Positions 27,656-32,000 of a stretch of DNA of 32,000 nucleotides are shown one piece after another. Below the pieces are notes generated by a model that saw only the letters and a program-made list of their open reading frames with translations, was not told where the DNA came from and made no database searches. The position numbers and the translations under genes are program-made. This DNA is from Deinococcus radiodurans R1 = ATCC 13939 = DSM 20539 (GTDB lineage Bacteria > Deinococcota > Deinococci > Deinococcales > Deinococcaceae), in contig NC_001264.1 in assembly GCF_000008565.1 (NCBI RefSeq), positions 127,418-159,417 on the forward strand, in the 5' to 3' direction. How positions within the stretch are numbered: the stretch's first letter is position 1; every line of letters starts with the position of its first letter.

Positions 27656-28705
27656 TCAGCGAGTCTTCGTCACCTTGCTCAGCAGCGGGGGCCGGTCGGG
27701 GTCGAGGCCGCGTTCCAGCGCCAGATGCGCCACAAAGAGGTAAAACGCCAGCGTGCTCGTCACCGGGTCGGTCAGCGGGTGGCCGCCCAGAGGCGTGGGC
27801 AGGTCGGCGCCCGCCACCGGCCCGAGCAGCCGCAGGTCGGCGCCCGCTGCGCGCAGGTCGTCGTAAGCCTGCCGGGTCGCCTCCCAGGCGGCGTCGGCGG
27901 ACGCGAAGCCCAGCAGCGGCAACCCCTCGGCCAGCAGCCGCTTGGGGCCGTGGCTGAACTCGGCGGCGCTGTACGCCTCGGCGTGAATGCCGCAGGTTTC
28001 TTTCAGCTTGAGTGCCGCTTCCTGCGCGACGCCGTAGTGGTGCCCGCGCGCCAGAATCAGCAGGTTGTCGGCAAAGCGGTAGCGCCCGGCAAGTTCGTGG
28101 GCCGCGTCTTCCAGGGTCAGTGTGTGCGCCAGTTGCTCCGGCAGCGCGTCCAGAGCGCGTTTCAGTGCTTCGTCCCCGGTCAGCTCGGCAAGCACGGGGA
28201 GGAAGGCACACAGGCTCGCCAGATAGCTTTTCGTCGCCGCCACCGCTTTTTCCGGGCCGCAGCGCAGCGGCAGGGTGAACTCGGCGGCCTCAGCGAGCGG
28301 GCTGTCTTCCACGTTGACGAGGGCGACGGTCAACGCGCCGCCTTCGCGCGCCATCCGCACGTTTTCCACCACGTCGGGGCTCGCGCCGCTTTGCGAGACG
28401 GCAATGACCAGCGCTCCGGCAAGGTCCAGCCGCGCTCCGTAGAGCGTGTGCACGCTCGGCCCCAGCGAGGCGACCGGCAGCGAAAGCTGCGTTTCCAGCG
28501 CGTATTTGAGCACCGTGCAGGCGTGGTCACTGCTGCCCCGGGCGATGGTCACGGCGTAGGCGGGCTGGCGCTCCCGTATGGCGTTAGCGAGCCGGGCCAC
28601 CGCGTCCTGGTTCTCGTTCAGCAAACGGCGGACCACAGCGGGCGCCTCGCGCATCTCGCGCAGCATCAGGGGTTCGGCAGGGGCAGCGGAGGCGTCAGGA
28701 GTCAT
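27656..28705 (-). CDS. tandem-SIS-domain sugar-phosphate isomerase/deaminase (GlmS isomerase-domain-like)
   Basis: 349 aa: ARGSSDHA, VIAVSQSGASPDVV and PEKAVAATKSY in the first SIS domain, with a second SIS half containing AQEAALKLKETC..AEAYSAAEFSHGP. No glutaminase domain. Confidence 0.85.
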   Translation of the reverse strand: MTPDASAAPAEPLMLREMREAPAVVRRLLNENQDAVARLANAIRERQPAYAVTIARGSSDHACTVLKYALETQLSLPVASLGPSVHTLYGARLDLAGALVIAVSQSGASPDVVENVRMAREGGALTVALVNVEDSPLAEAAEFTLPLRCGPEKAVAATKSYLASLCAFLPVLAELTGDEALKRALDALPEQLAHTLTLEDAAHELAGRYRFADNLLILARGHHYGVAQEAALKLKETCGIHAEAYSAAEFSHGPKRLLAEGLPLLGFASADAAWEATRQAYDDLRAAGADLRLLGPVAGADLPTPLGGHPLTDPVTSTLAFYLFVAHLALERGLDPDRPPLLSKVTKTR

Positions 28706-28763
28706 GCGCGTACTCTACGGGCTTGGCGCATTTTCCCGGCGCCCGCTATGCTGCCCCTCACGT

Positions 28764-29757
28764 CATGACACTTGTCCAGTACCAAGGCAACCTGCTCTCG
28801 CAAACGCGCGAGTGGACCAACCTGCACGATGAGGAACTGCGCCGCCGGGCGGTCAAGGCGGCAGGCGAGAAGGACAGCCCCGCGCTCGTCTCGCTCGCGG
28901 TCGCCTACCTCGGGCACCAGGGCGGCAGCGGCGTGCTGAGCAGTCCGCGCACGGTGGAGGCGTATGCACTCGGCGTGCGGCAGTTCGTGGCCTACGCGAC
29001 CGAGCAGGCGATCAACCTGCTGCGGCCCGGGCGCCACGACGCGCAGGGCTATGTCAACGCCATGCTCGCGGCGGGGCGCGCTCCGGCGGGCGTGCAGCTC
29101 AAGGTGGCGGCGGCGGGCTGCCTCTACCGCGCCCTGCGCTGGGCGGGGGCCACCGAGGCCGACCCCTTCCGCGACGTGAAGGTGCCCAAGGACCGCACCC
29201 CCGGCATCGTCAAGCGCCCGCCCTACAGCGAGGACGACATCGCCGACGTGATCGAGCAGGCCGACGTGCAGGCCAAATTCCTGCTGTTCCTGACCGCGCA
29301 CGCCGGGCTGCGGATCAGCGAGGCGCTCGCGCTGGAGTGGCAGGACCTCGACGAGAGCGCCCGCCGCATCCACGTCCGCAGCGGCAAGGGCCGCAAGTCG
29401 CGCATCGTCGCCATGAGCAGCAGCCTGGGCCGCGCCGCCCGCGCTTACCGCACCCAGTTCGCGCCCGGCGGCCCCGAGCACGACACCGGACACCGCACCA
29501 CCCCGCCCGAGCGCGTCTTCCGCTACGCCAGCGTGATGACCGCCCGTTACCACATCGAAAAGGCGTTCAAGGCGGCGGGCGTGCCGTTTCGCGGCTTTCA
29601 TCCGGGGCGCAAGTACGCCGGCACCAAGCTGCTGCGCCAGATCAAGGATTTCGGGCGCGTTGCCGCCCACCTCGGCCACGAGAGCGTGGACACCACCCGC
29701 CGGGGCTACGCGCAACTCGCCGCCGACGACCTCAAGGAAGACCTCAGCGGCTGGTGA
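28764..29757 (+). CDS. tyrosine site-specific recombinase (XerC/XerD-like integrase)
   Basis: ATG 28764 is likelier than the track start at 28723. N-terminal SAM-like domain SPRTVEAYALGVRQFVAY. Catalytic set: AGLRISEALAL (Arg), GKGRKSRIV (Lys), FHPGRKY (His-x-x-Arg) and LGHESVDTTRRGY (His...Tyr). Confidence 0.85.
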
Positions 29758-29767
29758 TAATGACTGC

Positions 29768-29887
29768 GATTGAATCCCGCTGGTTTGGGATTCAATCCGA
29801 ACGGAGTGAGAAGCAGCAAAAGCGGATTTTGGGAAATGGACCCGCATCCGGTGCCGTCCCGGATGTGGGGGAATTGGACGAAATCCG
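29768..29887. repeat. palindromic intergenic element: a perfect 11-bp hairpin plus a nested imperfect inverted repeat
   Basis: GATTGAATCCC (29768-29778) pairs with GGGATTCAATC (29787-29797). CGGATTT (29823-29829) pairs with AAATCCG (29881-29887), enclosing CATCCGG (29845-29851) paired with CCGGATG (29859-29865). No ORF, and GC is lower. Confidence 0.45.
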
Positions 29888-29907
29888 TCTCAGTCCCTGT
29901 GGACGCC

Positions 29908-30195
29908 TCAGCGCCGCAGCAACTTGACCGCCCGCACCACGTCCGAGGGCGTCACCGCTTCGCCGGGGCGGGCGCGGCAGCCCAGAGCGTACTGTTCGAG
30001 CAGCCCTTCGCCCGCCGTGTCCAGGGCGCTGCGGACGGCGGCGAACTGCGTCAGGATGTCGTGGCAGTCGCGGCCTTCCTCCACCATCTTCTGAATCCCG
30101 CGCACTTGCCCTTCGATGCGGCGCAGCCGCTTGAGCAGCTTTTCTTCCTCGGGGCCCAGGGGGGGAGCGGCGGTGGGAGCAGCATTGGTCGTCAT
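29908..30195 (-). CDS. CsoR/RcnR/FrmR-family (DUF156) metal- or thiol-sensing repressor
   Basis: The real start MTTNAAPT is at 30195; the track is extended to 30234. LKRLRRIEGQVRGIQKMVEEGRDCHDILTQFAAVRSALD...LGC is the characteristic helical-bundle signature. Confidence 0.85.
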   Translation of the reverse strand: MTTNAAPTAAPPLGPEEEKLLKRLRRIEGQVRGIQKMVEEGRDCHDILTQFAAVRSALDTAGEGLLEQYALGCRARPGEAVTPSDVVRAVKLLRR

Positions 30196-30371
30196 CGGGA
30201 GTCTCCAGCGCACGGAAAAACGGGACAAGGCCATGGATGAGGGCGGTGGGGGTGCCGTGCCCGCACCCGTCGCCGCGTGTCCGTCTCATGGTCGCTGCAA
30301 ATGCACTCTGCTGCAACTGCCGGGGTCACGAACGTCTGGGCAGGGAGCGGGGAAGGAAGGGCTGCGTCGCC

Positions 30372-30389
30372 GTTCTTGCCGGTAAGAAC
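30372..30389. promoter_or_regulatory. 18-bp palindrome GTTCTT-GCCGGT-AAGAAC upstream of pstS
   Basis: Perfect 6-bp arms at 30372-30377 and 30384-30389, about 80 nt upstream of the pstS ATG, in the region divergent from the CsoR-like gene. Confidence 0.25.
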
Positions 30390-30468
30390 CGTTCCTCTAT
30401 GCGGCACATCCCCAGTCTTCGGAAGCCTTGACGCCCCGCTGACAAAGCCCCGCCACACTCGGCGACGT

Positions 30469-31488
30469 ATGAAGAAGACCCTGCTGGGCCTCAGCGCCCT
30501 TGTCATGATCAGCACCGCCGCCGCCCAGGGCGCCATCACCGGCGCGGGCGCGAGCTTCCCCTATCCCCTGTACTCCAAGATGTTCAGCGAGTACAAGGCG
30601 AGCAACGTCAACTACCAGTCGGTGGGCTCGGGCAGCGGCCAGAAGCAGATTCTGGAGCGCACCGTGGACTTCGCGGGCAGCGACAACCCCATGACCGACG
30701 CGCAGCTGGGGAGCGCCCCCGGCACCCTGCTGCACGTGCCCACCGCCATCGGCGCCGTGGTGCCCGCCTACAACCTGCCCGGCGTGACCAAGCCCCTGAA
30801 CTTCGATGGCCCCACGCTCGCCAACATCTACCTCGGCAAAATCAAGACCTGGGGTGACCCCGCCATCGCCAAGCTCAACCCCGGCGTGACCATTCCCCCG
30901 CTGCCGATCACCGTGGCGCGCCGCTCCGACGGCTCGGGTACCACCTTCGTGTTCTCGGACTACCTGAGCAAAGTCAGCGGCGAGTGGAAGAGCAAGGTCG
31001 GCGCGGGCAACAGCCTTCAGTGGCCCGTCGGCACCGGCGCCAAGGGCAACGACGGCGTGGCGGGCGTGGTCAAGGGCACCCCCGGCGCCATCGGTTACGT
31101 GGAACTGGTGTACGCCAAGCAGAACAAGCTGTCCTTCGGCGCCGTGAAAAACCGCGCGGGCAAGTTCATCCTGGCCGATAACGGTCCCGCCAGCAACGCG
31201 GCTCTGGGCGTGGTCATCCCCGCCGATACCCGCGTCAGTCTGACCAACAGCGCCAACGCCGGCGCTTACCCGATTGCCAGCTTCACCTACCTGATTTTCT
31301 ACAAGGATCAGAAGTACGGCAACCGCACCGAAGCCCAGGCCAAGGCGCTCAAGAACCTGCTCACCTACGTCGTGACCAGCGGCCAGCAGTACAACGAAGG
31401 CCTCGACTACGCCAAGCTGCCCAGCAACGTGGCGGCCAAGGCCAAGACCATCATCAACTCGATGAACTACGGCGGCAAGAAGCTCTGA
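30469..31488 (+). CDS. pstS: phosphate ABC transporter substrate-binding protein
   Basis: The track is over-extended to 30277. [21 protein letters not shown] is the signal peptide, followed by [21 protein letters not shown] and [12 protein letters not shown], the PstS hallmarks. Confidence 0.95.
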   Translation: MKKTLLGLSALVMISTAAAQGAITGAGASFPYPLYSKMFSEYKASNVNYQSVGSGSGQKQILERTVDFAGSDNPMTDAQLGSAPGTLLHVPTAIGAVVPAYNLPGVTKPLNFDGPTLANIYLGKIKTWGDPAIAKLNPGVTIPPLPITVARRSDGSGTTFVFSDYLSKVSGEWKSKVGAGNSLQWPVGTGAKGNDGVAGVVKGTPGAIGYVELVYAKQNKLSFGAVKNRAGKFILADNGPASNAALGVVIPADTRVSLTNSANAGAYPIASFTYLIFYKDQKYGNRTEAQAKALKNLLTYVVTSGQQYNEGLDYAKLPSNVAAKAKTIINSMNYGGKKL

Positions 31489-31577
31489 TGGCCTGCCGGG
31501 CAGGGGAGAGCGCCGAAGACCGCTCTGCCCCGCCTGGAAAGCGCTCAGGGTCCAGCTCAGTGCAGCCAAGCCAAAAC

Positions 31578-31600
31578 AGTGTCACAGCAAAGTGTCACAG
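31578..31600 (+). repeat. direct repeat AGTGTCACAG x2 with a 13-bp period
   Basis: Copies at 31578-31587 and 31591-31600, between the pstS stop and the hairpin at 31606. Confidence 0.4.
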
Positions 31601-31605
31601 AAAAA

Positions 31606-31641
31606 GGGGGGATGGTTTCCGAAGTGGAACCGCCCCCTTTT
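31606..31641 (+). terminator. terminator/attenuator hairpin between pstS and pstC
   Basis: GGGGG (31606-31610) pairs with CCCCC (31633-31637). The inner stem is GGTT.CC / GGAACC, and TTTT follows (31638-31641). Confidence 0.5.
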
Positions 31642-31786
31642 CGCTTGGCCCGCTGCCTGACCCGGACACCGTATGACGCCTGGCTGACCTGCCGCTGACA
31701 AAAAGGCCCCGACCCACGCGCGCCATGACGCAGAGCTGACCGTTGGCCTGTCAACTGTGGGCACCCTATGGAGGACTTCCACCGCC

Positions 31787-32000
31787 ATGATTGAACCTGT
31801 CAAATCCCCACCCCAGCTTCCGGGCCGGCTGTCGAGCCGCAGCGACCGGGTCTTCGAGATCGTGATTCTGCTGCTCGCTTCGATCATCGCCCTGATCTTC
31901 GTACTGAGCGTCTACCAGCTCGGCAAGGAGTCGTGGCCGGCCTTGCAGAAGTTCGGGCTGAACTTTTTCACGTCGCGCACCTGGAACCCGGTCAACGGGG
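31787..32000 (+). CDS. pstC: phosphate ABC transporter permease, N-terminal fragment (continues past the right edge)
   Basis: ATG 31787 lies 12 nt after GGAGG. My translation, [71 protein letters not shown], matches a typical PstC N-terminus and sits directly after pstS. Confidence 0.85.
   Translation, partial: MIEPVKSPPQLPGRLSSRSDRVFEIVILLLASIIALIFVLSVYQLGKESWPALQKFGLNFFTSRTWNPVNG

Overview
High-GC bacterial chromosomal window with about 29 protein-coding genes. I saw no rRNA, tRNA or CRISPR array. Gene order, left to right: XdhC-like (partial), NodS-like methyltransferase, a helicase-HNH fusion, PIG-L deacetylase, acyl-CoA-dehydrogenase-like, clan GH-A glycosidase-like, an Opu-type osmoprotectant ABC transporter, an orphan receiver domain, two hypotheticals, TetR, 3-hydroxyacyl-CoA dehydrogenase, hypothetical, DyP peroxidase, mini-catalase, a hutU-x-hutG-hutI-hutH operon, IclR, DedA, SIS protein, tyrosine recombinase, CsoR-like repressor, pstS and pstC (partial). 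This order fits my recollection of Deinococcus radiodurans chromosome II (roughly DR_A0129 to DR_A0158), but I cannot verify that here. Many long track ORFs are antisense or out-of-frame shadows typical of high-GC DNA, and several real genes carry spurious N-terminal extensions in the track. The best candidate for an undescribed system is a stand-alone SF2 helicase fused to an HNH nuclease (1534-4221). It lies antisense inside an otherwise co-directional, functionally obscure gene string and is preceded by three direct repeats spaced exactly 19 bp apart. Second candidate: a lower-GC cluster under a divergent TetR that pairs a DyP peroxidase with a catalase-related mini-hemoprotein and a tightly coupled unknown protein. 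Other points: apparent frameshifts at both ends of the acyl-CoA-dehydrogenase-like gene, a possibly Tat-exported lipoprotein hydrolase embedded in the hut operon, an orphan low-GC 144-aa gene, an isolated integrase next to palindromic repeats, and several short direct or inverted repeats in intergenic regions.
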